A stretch of DNA of 64,000 bases from a virus (IMGVR_UViG_3300036762_000065:96001-160000), one strand, 5' to 3'. Positions 18,179 through 27,812 are shown, numbered from the stretch's first letter. Numbers and translations are program-made. The notes: generated by a model not told the origin, from the sequence alone.

Positions 18179-19039
18179 ATGAAAAAGATTTGCATATATC
18201 ACGGCAATTGCGCAGACGGTTTTGCCGGTGCGTGGGTAGTAAAACAAAAGTTCGGGGAAGATGTTTTGTTTTATCCAGGGTTTTATTACGAACAGATACC
18301 TGATGTTAAAAACAAGGACGTTATAATTGTAGACTTTAGTTATAAGCTAGATGTGATGTTAGGTATTTGTAGAGATGCAAATAGTGTTGTTATTATTGAC
18401 CACCATAAGAGTGCTATAGAGGAACTCGAAGGTATCAATAACGTCATGGACAATATCGAGCTTGTGTTTAATACACAATACTCAGGTAGTATGTTAACCT
18501 GGGATTATTTCTTTCCTAATGAAAAATGTCCTATTTTGTTGGAGCACATACAAGATAGAGATTTGTGGCAATTCAAATTGAAAGGAACAAAAGAAATTCA
18601 AGCCTGTGTATTTTCTTATCCTTATGAGTTTTCTGTATGGACAAAACTCATGAATAGTAATATAGAAGATTTGTTTGAAGAAGGTGTTGCGATAAGTAGA
18701 AAACAATCAAAAGACATAAAGGAATTTTTAGAGCACACTAAGCACGAGTTGTACATAGACAAGCAAGTTGTACCTGCTGTGAATGTTCCTTATACTATGG
18801 GATCGGATGCTGCAAGTATACTTGCGTTAGATGCACCGTTTGCCGCTTACTACTTCGATACAGGAGAACATAGAGTATTTGGATTACGCTCTATTGTTGA
18901 TACAGGAACTGATGTACAAGCAATAGCAGTTAAGTACGGAGGCGGAGGGCACGAAAATGCAGCAGGGTTTAAAGTACCGTTATCAGAATTAGATCAGTTT
19001 AAGTTACCTGTATTGATACCGGAGCCGGAAACAGTTTAA
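18179..19039 (+). CDS. DHH/DHHA1-family phosphoesterase
   Basis: YHGNCADG, IVDFS, IDHH, DRD and GGGHENAAG motifs. Confidence 0.92.
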   Translation: MKKICIYHGNCADGFAGAWVVKQKFGEDVLFYPGFYYEQIPDVKNKDVIIVDFSYKLDVMLGICRDANSVVIIDHHKSAIEELEGINNVMDNIELVFNTQYSGSMLTWDYFFPNEKCPILLEHIQDRDLWQFKLKGTKEIQACVFSYPYEFSVWTKLMNSNIEDLFEEGVAISRKQSKDIKEFLEHTKHELYIDKQVVPAVNVPYTMGSDAASILALDAPFAAYYFDTGEHRVFGLRSIVDTGTDVQAIAVKYGGGGHENAAGFKVPLSELDQFKLPVLIPEPETV

Positions 19040-19055
19040 ACACACTTACTTAACT

Positions 19056-19079
19056 GGGTAGCTTTTGCTGCCCTTTTTT
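19056..19079 (+). terminator. Rho-independent terminator
   Basis: GGGTAGC-TTTT-GCTGCCC followed by TTTTTT. Confidence 0.85.
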
Positions 19080-19125
19080 ACGGCTCCTAAACGCTCCCGG
19101 CGCTCAAAACAAGCACCTGTGAGCG

Positions 19126-19154
19126 TTGTAAAACGGTATCGTATGTGTTATACT
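19126..19154 (+). promoter_or_regulatory. Sigma70-type promoter
   Basis: TTGTAA-N17-TATACT upstream of the histone-like gene. Confidence 0.65.
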
Positions 19155-19266
19155 AAAAGCGTAGAAACGTCAAAACCATGAATTCAATATATCGGTACCG
19201 ACAGTAAGAAACGTTCGGTTGGTACCGATTTTAAGTAACATTCAATTAAATATTCGGAGATTTACT

Positions 19267-19875
19267 ATGACTACTTCAACTGTTAAAGCTACTAACGCAA
19301 TCGACACTATCAAACTTGTTAACAGAAAAATTCGATTGAACTCAGGCGCGTTGGAAAAAATCACTTTCGCTAGTAGTCGTTCCGTGCGTACCGAAAGCGG
19401 TACGAGAATACTTGTTAAGAATGTTAAAGCGGTCGGCAGAAGCTTACGTGAATTACCAAGTGCGCCAGTTGTTGCTAAGAAATCAACTACAGGAAAAACT
19501 GCAATGACTGCAAAAACAACTGCGAAGGAAGTTGTAACTGCTCCTGTTGCGAAGAAAGCTCCTGTTGCGAAGAAAGCTCCTGTTGCTCCAAAAACACCAG
19601 TTATCACTAAAGCGCAAAAAGCAGAACAGGTTACAATCGCATTTAAAGAAGCGGCTGTTGCAATGCGTACCCAGCAACGTCAAGCAACATCATTGTTAAA
19701 CAAACAAGCTCGTTTAACTAAGCAGCAAATGGAATTGAGTGTTGCTGCTAAACAACTGGTTGCTAAAGAAACCGCTTTGTTTGAGGCTATGGAAGCAATT
19801 ACAGAAGCACATAAGGCAAACAAAACCATTACTGTTGCAATGTTCCGCAAGCTGAAAAAAGCAACACTAGCATAA
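19267..19875 (+). CDS. Lys/Ala-rich histone-H1-like basic protein
   Basis: SD GGAG before ATG 19267; APVAKK repeats (18-nt tandem, 19540-19586); C-terminal coiled coil. Confidence 0.7.
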   Translation: MTTSTVKATNAIDTIKLVNRKIRLNSGALEKITFASSRSVRTESGTRILVKNVKAVGRSLRELPSAPVVAKKSTTGKTAMTAKTTAKEVVTAPVAKKAPVAKKAPVAPKTPVITKAQKAEQVTIAFKEAAVAMRTQQRQATSLLNKQARLTKQQMELSVAAKQLVAKETALFEAMEAITEAHKANKTITVAMFRKLKKATLA

Positions 19876-19890
19876 ACTTTTTGAAATAAT

Positions 19891-19915
19891 ACGGCGCTTT
19901 CGGGCGCTGTTTCTT
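19891..19915 (+). terminator. Rho-independent terminator (UUCG loop)
   Basis: ACGGCGCT-TTCG-GGCGCTGT followed by TTCTT. Confidence 0.75.
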
Positions 19916-19928
19916 ATTGGAGATCATC

Positions 19929-20219
19929 ATGGCCCGTTCAACTAAAATCAACGTAGTTTTGTCAAACATTTTCAAATATGAATTCACACTATCTAACGGC
20001 ATTTTGCAGGAAGCGTTTGGTCTTGACGCAAATAAAAAACACCTATTTACAGGCAACACTGTTTATACGATGTTGAGAACAAACATGGTTGATTTTGTTC
20101 GTGCTATGGGGATACGCCAAACGTATTTTTTAATTGAAGAAGTTAAACAGTGTATTGATATATCAGGCGATGAATTAAACTCGTTTGATATCCTTATGCA
20201 TATAACGTTTTTTGAGTAG
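19929..20219 (+). CDS. Hypothetical protein
   Basis: SD GGAG before ATG 19929. Confidence 0.7.
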   Translation: MARSTKINVVLSNIFKYEFTLSNGILQEAFGLDANKKHLFTGNTVYTMLRTNMVDFVRAMGIRQTYFLIEEVKQCIDISGDELNSFDILMHITFFE

Positions 20220-20250
20220 AACTCACTGACAACAAATAAGGTAGGGTAAT

Positions 20251-20385
20251 ATGAAACTTTGTTCTATAGAAGGTTGTACAGGTAAAGGTCATGCTAAAGG
20301 TTTATGTCGTGAACATTATAAGGACTATAAGAGTAAGCGTTCGGATAATGTTGTAAAATTTTCCAGTGTTAAACGTAAAACCTGA
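20251..20385 (+). CDS. Small C3H zinc-finger protein (44 aa)
   Basis: MKLCSIEGCTGKGHAKGLCREHY: the C-x4-C-x9-C-x2-H finger often found N-terminal to phage HNH nucleases; below the ORF-track cutoff. Confidence 0.65.
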   Translation: MKLCSIEGCTGKGHAKGLCREHYKDYKSKRSDNVVKFSSVKRKT

Positions 20386-20412
20386 AACTAATATCAATAG
20401 AAGGAAATAGAA

Positions 20413-20793
20413 ATGCTAGTTAAACAACACATGTATAAAGTTATTGAGTCCCTGCGTAACGACAAGGACTATCAATATTTCTCTTTAGAGGATGTTGATG
20501 AAGAAGGTCAGGAAACTCACATTTTTATAAACAAGGAAGTCGCAGTCTGTATAGACCTATGTTTAGATACAGGCAGTGTTTCTATGGAGACAATAGAACC
20601 TGTTAAAAGGAAACGTGAACTAGATGCGGACACTAGACTGTTGGAAGAAGAATTAAAACATCTAGGTATGATTAAAGAAACACGACCTAAATCTAGGTGG
20701 TATCATCTTGTTAAGAAATATGACCTATTGTTCGATACTTATACAGATTATCCCAATATCAATGCCTTGGTAGAGTACCTTATTAATCCCTGA
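20413..20793 (+). CDS. Hypothetical protein
   Basis: ORF with SD AAGGA. Confidence 0.7.
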   Translation: MLVKQHMYKVIESLRNDKDYQYFSLEDVDEEGQETHIFINKEVAVCIDLCLDTGSVSMETIEPVKRKRELDADTRLLEEELKHLGMIKETRPKSRWYHLVKKYDLLFDTYTDYPNINALVEYLINP

Positions 20794-20806
20794 ATAGGAA
20801 ATTATT

Positions 20807-21226
20807 ATGAGCATATCAAATGGCCCTGTAAAAACTTTACCCGGCACAGTACATAAGTCTACTTCTGCAACTTGCGATTTTTGTGATGAGCCTTCTGTAT
20901 GTAGCATTCAAGGAGAAACAGATTCGTTTGGGGCAGAGTACAATGATGTTTGTGCCACACACAAGGCAGAGTTTGCCGAATCTAAAATTGAAGGTATGTG
21001 TGACTTCTGCAAAAAAGAGGATGATGACTTGTGTGTTACCCGCGATCCCGATGAAGGTCAAGCAGGTCCTGTATATTATGTTTGCGGCCCTTGCATAACA
21101 AAACAACGTGAGGCTATTGCTAAAGAACTGGCACAAGAAGACTACGGCGAGTATGAGGAAGAATATTATGAAGATGGTGGTTATGAAGAATGGTTAGACG
21201 AATGCAATGAAGAGGAATTAAAGTGA
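20807..21226 (+). CDS. Cys-rich (zinc-binding) phage protein with acidic C-terminal tail
   Basis: CxxC pairs, GETDSFG motif, and an E/D/Y-rich tail. Confidence 0.7.
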   Translation: MSISNGPVKTLPGTVHKSTSATCDFCDEPSVCSIQGETDSFGAEYNDVCATHKAEFAESKIEGMCDFCKKEDDDLCVTRDPDEGQAGPVYYVCGPCITKQREAIAKELAQEDYGEYEEEYYEDGGYEEWLDECNEEELK

Positions 21227-21296
21227 AATTTATTGCATCGGCACGTACAAGTAACTGCGTGCCGGTTAAATATTGTAAATAATAGATAATGAGGAA

Positions 21297-21782
21297 ATGA
21301 CTATGAACTATATTGTAACTTTAAAGTATTTACCAACCGCAGACGAATTGGATGCAGAACTATTAACCGCAGAATTATTAGTTGAATTATTTGGGGGTAA
21401 TAAGAACGTAGTGGGTTCTATGGAAGAAAGTAAGGATGCAGTTTATGTTGACGGTTGGTACTTACCTACTGACGCTCCGTGGTTGAGCATGAGTCAAAAG
21501 GATAGCGATGCAACGTTAATAGCAAAAGCAGTAACACGGATAATGGAACGCTATGAAAATGGCTTTGATAAGCAAAAATATGACCAAGCAGTCGAGAATA
21601 ATCCTAACTCCCTTATTTCACGTACTCCCTTTTATACAGTACCTAAAATTGATATACTAGGCGAGGTCTGCAAGGAACTTAGCCTTGATAACCAATTACA
21701 AACGTTGATCGGTATGTTGATAACAGAAATACCCCGTGAAGCTACCCACTGGGCTAGTGACTGGAACGATGAGAGTTTCTAA
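21297..21782 (+). CDS. Hypothetical protein
   Basis: ORF with SD GAGG. Confidence 0.7.
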   Translation: MTMNYIVTLKYLPTADELDAELLTAELLVELFGGNKNVVGSMEESKDAVYVDGWYLPTDAPWLSMSQKDSDATLIAKAVTRIMERYENGFDKQKYDQAVENNPNSLISRTPFYTVPKIDILGEVCKELSLDNQLQTLIGMLITEIPREATHWASDWNDESF

Positions 21783-21819
21783 CACACCACTATAATTGTA
21801 AACGAATGAGGTAATAGAA

Positions 21820-22140
21820 ATGAATAATGTACCGCAGTTAGACTTATCAAAAACATTCACTGAAGACGATGTGGCTAATTTTATATCCCAACTCGATGAT
21901 AGCGATTACAGGCAGGTTCGAGTAACAAAAGAAGGAATGGCTTATCTGAGTTCGGAATCAACTATGGGTATAGGTACACAAGTATCGGACAAGAGTATGT
22001 TATTTACTTTAGAAATCTGGTGCCGAGGAACCAAACATGTAGGTACTGAGGCAGCACAAGATCAAGATTGGGTAAAGTTTCTAACCAAGTCCTTACGTAA
22101 TTATATGAAACACCCAGAACAGTGTGAACAGGATAAATAA
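21820..22140 (+). CDS. Hypothetical protein
   Basis: SD GAGGT; VG.EAA.D.DWV motif. Confidence 0.7.
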   Translation: MNNVPQLDLSKTFTEDDVANFISQLDDSDYRQVRVTKEGMAYLSSESTMGIGTQVSDKSMLFTLEIWCRGTKHVGTEAAQDQDWVKFLTKSLRNYMKHPEQCEQDK

Positions 22141-22240
22141 CATGAAGACCTTGAGTGTCATTGATACAGCAAAACATTCTAAAGCAGTACTAACTATGTC
22201 TATACTATCACACTTAAGGACCTAACACGCAGGTGGTACT

Positions 22241-22504
22241 ATGAACAATGAAAACAAACTAGATCAGGCTATTATGGCAGCCTATCACCTAAGTGATAAG
22301 ATAGTGTCATATGATACACAGGTCATGAATGAGATAGCAGAAGGTGCCTATGAATATGAACTACGTGTTTTAATGTTTGTAAACGCCAACAATAAAATAC
22401 CTTATAAACTAAAGCAACTAGAGGATGCTCACATAATAGGTGTAACTAAAGAATTTAGGTCTGTTATCTTTAGAGCCTATGCAAAGAAACTTATTAATAC
22501 TTAA
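22241..22504 (+). CDS. Hypothetical protein
   Basis: SD AGGTGG. Confidence 0.65.
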   Translation: MNNENKLDQAIMAAYHLSDKIVSYDTQVMNEIAEGAYEYELRVLMFVNANNKIPYKLKQLEDAHIIGVTKEFRSVIFRAYAKKLINT

Positions 22505-22567
22505 GGTGACTACAGTTATCAGACAAGAAAGTTGCAATTGTATGTATAATAGTATAAGGGGTAAATA

Positions 22568-22945
22568 ATGAAAAGACAACCAGATTTTTGTAACCCGCAA
22601 CAACTTCATCAGCGTATACCAGAACTTAGATATGATAGAGGCGCTCATAAAGAACCAGGGCCTGAACAAGAGCACGGTACAGTTAAGGTGTGGACAAAGG
22701 AAGAGATAGCAGGTGTTAGTGCAGTCTCTAATAAGATAGCCACCCCTGTCTTTGTACGTAAAGCTATAACAGACCTGGGTCGTAATGTAGAGCTTAACTA
22801 TAAATACAGCAAGCATTTTATAAAGGGGATTATATTTATAGAACTTAACGGTATGGTTGTATTTAGAGGTGATATTGAACGTACTGAGTCCGAAATACAA
22901 GAACTCATAGCAGAAGCACTAAGTCCGAACAAAATATTATTGTAA
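22568..22945 (+). CDS. Hypothetical protein
   Basis: SD AAGGGG. Confidence 0.65.
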   Translation: MKRQPDFCNPQQLHQRIPELRYDRGAHKEPGPEQEHGTVKVWTKEEIAGVSAVSNKIATPVFVRKAITDLGRNVELNYKYSKHFIKGIIFIELNGMVVFRGDIERTESEIQELIAEALSPNKILL

Positions 22946-23093
22946 ATTATATGCGGCTGTAAATGAAATACAAATCAAATATAGTGCTAAACACCATAGT
23001 TACTGAATATTTGTGTGATGTTATTGATTGCAGTGGTGAGCAAGCTAGGTTATAGTAAGTAACAGAAAGAATCTTAAATAAAAAAGGTATATA

Positions 23094-23345
23094 ATGTTTG
23101 CAAGAAAAATAAGCATGACCCCAACAAAGTTGGAAGTAGGTATAAAGATAACTACCTATATTGATGACGATGAGCGCCAAGTAATAGTAGATATGTTAGG
23201 TACAAAGGTAGCTTATGGTTTTGATGAACTCATCAAAGAAGCACCAGATGCTTTCGAGACCTGCGCTTCTTTGAGGGCTTACGCGCACAGTAAGTTTTTA
23301 CTGGCAATTGCAGAGAAGGTAGGTGAACTTACGTCCTGTCTGTAA
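23094..23345 (+). CDS. Hypothetical protein
   Basis: SD AAGG. Confidence 0.6.
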   Translation: MFARKISMTPTKLEVGIKITTYIDDDERQVIVDMLGTKVAYGFDELIKEAPDAFETCASLRAYAHSKFLLAIAEKVGELTSCL

Positions 23346-23389
23346 ATAATACAGTAGGTGTATTAAAACGGTCTGTACATGATAAATAA

Positions 23390-23587
23390 ATGGGAACTAA
23401 AATGGAAATAAATACTATAGGTAAAGCATTCAATACAGCTATTGATTTTTCAATAACCATAGACAAAGAATACCCAGGCTCTGGTATAGAGTTCTTGAGG
23501 TTGTGGCGCGAAGGGAGCTGGTCTGAAATTAAAAAGGAGTTTCCTGAATTCGACTTGGATTCAGTACAGGCTTTCTTAGTAAGGTAG
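23390..23587 (+). CDS. Hypothetical phage protein
   Basis: FLRLWREGSW..I..EFPEF motif. Confidence 0.6.
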   Translation: MGTKMEINTIGKAFNTAIDFSITIDKEYPGSGIEFLRLWREGSWSEIKKEFPEFDLDSVQAFLVR

Positions 23588-23622
23588 TTATGGCCTTATA
23601 TAAACACTAAAGGTTAATAAAT

Positions 23623-24159
23623 ATGAACAAACGTCTAGTGGAACATGTGTACGACTATGTAACCTTAAATAGACCTACATTAGAGAATGTAGCAGGCAAT
23701 CTACTAACAAGCACCCTTATGCTCTATATAGAGGAAGGTGTTGGTATATTAATACTAGATACACCTTCCTCTATATTGGAATATGTTAAGTACTGCGTTA
23801 GTAAGGCTGACGGTAGGGATGAAGGGCCTAGATCAGTAGCTAGGACTAAGGTATACAAACAAAGTGCTAGTGTGACAATACAAAAAGGTATGAATTTATT
23901 AGAGTTTAACGTCAAGGTCTCTACACAAAAGAAACGTGCAGCCTACAGATTTAAAAAGTACCTAGAGTCATTCAACCTAGAGACTAAGAAAGTAGAAGAT
24001 TTTGTTTATAAGGCGAAGCAAATGAACTTTTCGAGGTTAGTCAAGGAAACGGCGGTTCAAATACAACAAGGTACTGATACTGAAAAAGTATTGGCCGACT
24101 TTGCCAATATACTAATGTCTAATCCTAAGAAGTATTGGACAGAGAACATACCTACGTAA
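23623..24159 (+). CDS. Hypothetical protein
   Basis: ORF in co-directional run. Confidence 0.7.
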   Translation: MNKRLVEHVYDYVTLNRPTLENVAGNLLTSTLMLYIEEGVGILILDTPSSILEYVKYCVSKADGRDEGPRSVARTKVYKQSASVTIQKGMNLLEFNVKVSTQKKRAAYRFKKYLESFNLETKKVEDFVYKAKQMNFSRLVKETAVQIQQGTDTEKVLADFANILMSNPKKYWTENIPT

Positions 24160-24172
24160 ACTAAGGATTCGT

Positions 24173-24475
24173 ATGCGTGTAAGATACAGGTATTTAAAAA
24201 GTAGTAAAGCCGCGGCAATAGATTATATAAATGAGCACAAACAATCAGGAACAGATACAGACTTAACTATTTGGCTAATACGTAAATTGAAGTTGAGCCA
24301 TATATCTATAAACAATGAAGGTAACTTTGAAATTGCTAAAGCCGATTATGCAGTGTCTAGGCTATGGCTGAAGATTCCAATACCTATAGACAAGTACCCT
24401 TGTATGTATATGCCTAAGGGGTTTATGTTTACTAACAGATTTACTTTCCGTAAGCATAATAAATCGGAGAATTAA
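24173..24475 (+). CDS. Hypothetical protein
   Basis: SD AAGGA. Confidence 0.65.
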   Translation: MRVRYRYLKSSKAAAIDYINEHKQSGTDTDLTIWLIRKLKLSHISINNEGNFEIAKADYAVSRLWLKIPIPIDKYPCMYMPKGFMFTNRFTFRKHNKSEN

Positions 24476-24476
24476 C

Positions 24477-24923
24477 ATGACCCGAGTTAACACACTAGAT
24501 CCTAAGTATCTTCTTGACCAACACTTATTAGCTGAGTATAAGGAGATAACAAGAATCTTTGGTTATTCCAGAGATTATGGGCATAGGCTTAGTACTAATG
24601 ATATTCCAAATGAGTATGTTTTAGGAACAGGTCATGTTAAGTTCTTTTCCAATAAACTTAAGTATTGTCTATATAGGTATAAAAAACTCCAGTTAGAATT
24701 AACTATACGGGGGTTCCAAATAAACCCAGTTTCCTTAAAGGACTTATGTGAGGGTATAGACAAAAGACTATTCGAGTACTGGACACCAGGCGCTAAAGCT
24801 CGCATAACCTGTGCCGATAGAATAATAGATAGGCTTACAAACACTAAAGCACCTTTAAAGTATAAGTCAGAACTGATTAATTTAGATGAGGCTATTGATA
24901 TTACTTATAAAGGTTTATTGTAA
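24477..24923 (+). CDS. denV: Pyrimidine-dimer DNA glycosylase/endonuclease V
   Basis: MTRVN...L.DQHLLAEY.E..RIF and YVLGTGHVKFF match the T4 DenV pattern. Confidence 0.92.
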   Translation: MTRVNTLDPKYLLDQHLLAEYKEITRIFGYSRDYGHRLSTNDIPNEYVLGTGHVKFFSNKLKYCLYRYKKLQLELTIRGFQINPVSLKDLCEGIDKRLFEYWTPGAKARITCADRIIDRLTNTKAPLKYKSELINLDEAIDITYKGLL

Positions 24924-24924
24924 A

Positions 24925-24942
24925 TAGTAGTAGTAGTAGTAG
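24925..24942 (+). repeat. (TAG)6 microsatellite between two TGTAAA motifs
   Basis: TGTAAA-(TAG)6-TGTAAA at 24919-24948. Confidence 0.9.
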
Positions 24943-24989
24943 TGTAAAATGAGTAAATTCCCACTACACAATAACTATTGGGGTTCAAT

Positions 24990-25235
24990 ATGTACTTGCA
25001 AAAACTTAAGCTATTATTCAAATACGGGCCTGAACTGGAAACCTTGCTAGAAGACTTGAAAAGGAAAAAGGAGCAGGAAGAATTTAAATCAAAGGCCGGA
25101 GTCTTAAACCTTTGCTATGCACACAGGCAGGAGGAGTACCGTAGTCATTATTCGACTCACAATTGCGACTACTGTAAACTAGAGGCTAGGATTATAGAGT
25201 TAGAACAGGCCCTAACGAATTCTGTAAACAAATAA
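24990..25235 (+). CDS. Hypothetical protein (C/H zinc-binding motif)
   Basis: LC..H...CDYC; ATG at 24990. Confidence 0.6.
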   Translation: MYLQKLKLLFKYGPELETLLEDLKRKKEQEEFKSKAGVLNLCYAHRQEEYRSHYSTHNCDYCKLEARIIELEQALTNSVNK

Positions 25236-25255
25236 TAATGTAAATAGGTGTTGTT

Positions 25256-25642
25256 ATGGAAACAACTAAAAAAATTGTTTGTATGTGCTGCAATGCGCTT
25301 TTTGTAAACACTGTAGATAATTTTATACCTATATGTACTTTTTGTAAGGTACAGATAAAAGAATACCGTGTGGTGTTTAGTACTGTCTGTAAAGGTTCAA
25401 TACCGACACTGTGCTCAAAGACAGAATCGTTTGTTGAAAATCCTGATGCGCCTATAAGAGTAGCTTTGCCTGTAAGTACGCCTAAGAAACGTATAAGGGC
25501 GGAAGTACCGGTAAAATCGCCTACGCATACGTACGGAAAAAAGAAAAGTAAGATTGTCTATAAAAAAGCATGTGATTTATCTATAGACAAGTCTGATATA
25601 GATAAATCGAATTGTAATAAATTTTTATTAGGTAAACGTTAA
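25256..25642 (+). CDS. Zinc-ribbon basic protein
   Basis: CMCC...CTFC, Lys-rich C-terminus. Confidence 0.6.
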   Translation: METTKKIVCMCCNALFVNTVDNFIPICTFCKVQIKEYRVVFSTVCKGSIPTLCSKTESFVENPDAPIRVALPVSTPKKRIRAEVPVKSPTHTYGKKKSKIVYKKACDLSIDKSDIDKSNCNKFLLGKR

Positions 25643-25658
25643 TATACGGGGATAAAAA

Positions 25659-26075
25659 ATGATTGATGCATTGTTATTATTGAACTTAGCAAAACTCGTT
25701 GAAAAGACAATAGAGCAAGAGGAGCCTGATTTAGAACGTTTGAAAGAAGGCCTTAAAGTTATAAGGTCTGCTTGTGCTGTGGATAAGTTTAGCGATCAGC
25801 ATGTCCAACACATAGGTCTAAGTGTAGGTAAGTTGTTAGTAGATAGCAATACAAGTAGTGGGGTGTTTATAACAGACACAGAAACAAATGCAACATTTCG
25901 ATTTGAGCCGAGCGCAGGTTCCGTTACCTTGATATTCAGTAACGATATTTTTGCTAGGCCTTTGACTGTAAACGGGTTAAGTGCATTTAAACTGTCCAAA
26001 CTGTCGAGTAGTGAAGAACTTAAAGATAGACTTAGATTTTTAGAACGTAAAGTAAGACTATGCTCCCAAAACTAA
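25659..26075 (+). CDS. Hypothetical protein
   Basis: SD GGGGA. Confidence 0.7.
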   Translation: MIDALLLLNLAKLVEKTIEQEEPDLERLKEGLKVIRSACAVDKFSDQHVQHIGLSVGKLLVDSNTSSGVFITDTETNATFRFEPSAGSVTLIFSNDIFARPLTVNGLSAFKLSKLSSSEELKDRLRFLERKVRLCSQN

Positions 26076-26082
26076 ACAACGT

Positions 26083-26400
26083 ATGACTGTAAATAAAATA
26101 ATAAAGGGCTTAACTATGTGTTTGACTGATATGCGAGAAATTGACCTTAAAGATATCATATTTCTAACAGAGCATGAACTTAAAAGGTTTGAAGGAAGCG
26201 TTTCTAAAGAAATTCTTATTATGCGCATAAAGAAAAAAGAGATCCTGACTAAAACGTCAAATGTAGAATTGTTGAAGTTGAAAGAAGTAGGTAACACTGT
26301 AACAAATTTGAACAGGTACATGGCTGCTACGTCTAAGCGCAAATTAGTACAAGCAGTTAAAGACCATTACTTAAATATAGGCCTTGAGGGCGTATCGTGA
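26083..26400 (+). CDS. Hypothetical protein
   Basis: ORF coupled to the next gene (GTGA). Confidence 0.6.
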   Translation: MTVNKIIKGLTMCLTDMREIDLKDIIFLTEHELKRFEGSVSKEILIMRIKKKEILTKTSNVELLKLKEVGNTVTNLNRYMAATSKRKLVQAVKDHYLNIGLEGVS

Positions 26401-26636
26401 AAATTAGTAGTGGAGTAACTACGGACAATAGCTCTAAACGTGAACTTAAAAAACGTAAGGTCAAGGAACACAACGAAGCGTATGCTGAAAGTAAGAAACC
26501 TAAACCTATTAAGGCAATAAGTAAAAAAGCAAAAGACAGAGCCATTACATTAATGTTATTGTCAAGTGCTCTTTCTGTAGACAATAGGTTTTTAGACATA
26601 TACAAACATAAATACACTAAGGAAAATAAGTTATGA
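26397..26636 (+). CDS. Hypothetical basic protein
   Basis: Coupled ORF. Confidence 0.55.
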   Translation: MKISSGVTTDNSSKRELKKRKVKEHNEAYAESKKPKPIKAISKKAKDRAITLMLLSSALSVDNRFLDIYKHKYTKENKL

Positions 26637-27163
26637 AAACTCCGGAGATTAACCAAGACTACACACAAAAGATTAAAGAACGTTTTAAATATATTATGAT
26701 TGATCTTTTACCAGCAGATCAACTAGACGCATACATACAGAATGAGGTAAACGCCTTCTTCACAGACACAGATGCCAAGTTTACCATAACAGAAAAGACA
26801 GAACGTGTCTATAGCAGCAACAAAATAGTTAGAGAGTTTGGTGTTTCTTGTTCACCGTTCAGATTACTTATTTGGCAAGAACTTAATACTCTTGTCATGG
26901 CCAAGATAAGAGAATTAACGGAGTCTAATGAACTAAAGGCAAGCATCTACAGCAGTATAGATGATACCGGGTATGTTGAATACGAGGAAGCGTTAGGTGA
27001 CCGTTGGGAGAAAAAGTTGGAAGCCCATATACAAACATTAGCCAAAGACATGTTTAGATCAATGTTTACACAGGCTGTAATGACAGCAAAGGAAGAAACT
27101 GTCAAAGAAATACAGAATCATGCTAATCAAGAACACGGCGGCTCTTGGCATCAACGTACATAA
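26633..27163 (+). CDS. Hypothetical protein
   Basis: SD AAGGA; coupled ORF. Confidence 0.75.
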   Translation: MKTPEINQDYTQKIKERFKYIMIDLLPADQLDAYIQNEVNAFFTDTDAKFTITEKTERVYSSNKIVREFGVSCSPFRLLIWQELNTLVMAKIRELTESNELKASIYSSIDDTGYVEYEEALGDRWEKKLEAHIQTLAKDMFRSMFTQAVMTAKEETVKEIQNHANQEHGGSWHQRT

Positions 27164-27178
27164 AACTTGGAGACAATA

Positions 27179-27763
27179 ATGAGTATTAAACCTGATAAAT
27201 GGATAATTGATCAGTGTGTTAAAAACAACATGATTGAACCTTTTGTTAAGAACCAGGTTCGTTACAAAAATGATTCTGACATTGACCTAAGTGAGAAAAT
27301 CATAAGCTACGGTGTATCCAGTTACGGTTATGACGTAAGGTGTGACCGACATTTTAAAATATTCACTAACATCAATAGCGCAATCATTGATCCTAAGAAC
27401 TTCGATGAACGTAGTTTTGTCGATCACGAAGGTGACTATTGCATCATACCGCCAAATAGTTTTGTTTTGGCCTCTACAGTAGAACGATTTAAAATACCGA
27501 GTAACGTGCTAGTCGTGTGTTTGGGTAAAAGCACCTATGCACGTTGCGGTATTATAGTAAATGTAACCCCTTTAGAACCGGAGTGGGAAGGTCATGTAAC
27601 TCTGGAGTTCTCTAATACAACAACATTACCGGCTAAGATATATGCTAACGAAGGCATTGCTCAAATGCTTTTCTTCGAGTCGGATGAGCAGTGTGATGTT
27701 ACTTATAAAAGTAGAGCGGGTAAGTATCAAGGCCAGTCTGGTGTAACTTTACCTAGGACCTAG
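27179..27763 (+). CDS. dcd: dCTP deaminase
   Basis: [48 protein letters not shown]; SD GGAG. Confidence 0.97.
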   Translation: MSIKPDKWIIDQCVKNNMIEPFVKNQVRYKNDSDIDLSEKIISYGVSSYGYDVRCDRHFKIFTNINSAIIDPKNFDERSFVDHEGDYCIIPPNSFVLASTVERFKIPSNVLVVCLGKSTYARCGIIVNVTPLEPEWEGHVTLEFSNTTTLPAKIYANEGIAQMLFFESDEQCDVTYKSRAGKYQGQSGVTLPRT

Positions 27764-27812
27764 ACTGTCTTATACTAAAGATAATAAACATATTGTAAAC
27801 AAGGTGGTTATT

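Noticed and set aside
19080-19260. tRNA or known riboswitch in the largest intergenic gap
   Set aside because: No cloverleaf, T-loop or recognisable aptamer; the gap is explained by a promoter and a palindromic leader.
21239-21264. Hairpin CGGCACGTA...TGCGTGCCG as a special element
   Set aside because: Single copy with no U-tract; most simply a weak terminator or processing stem before a TGTAAAT box.
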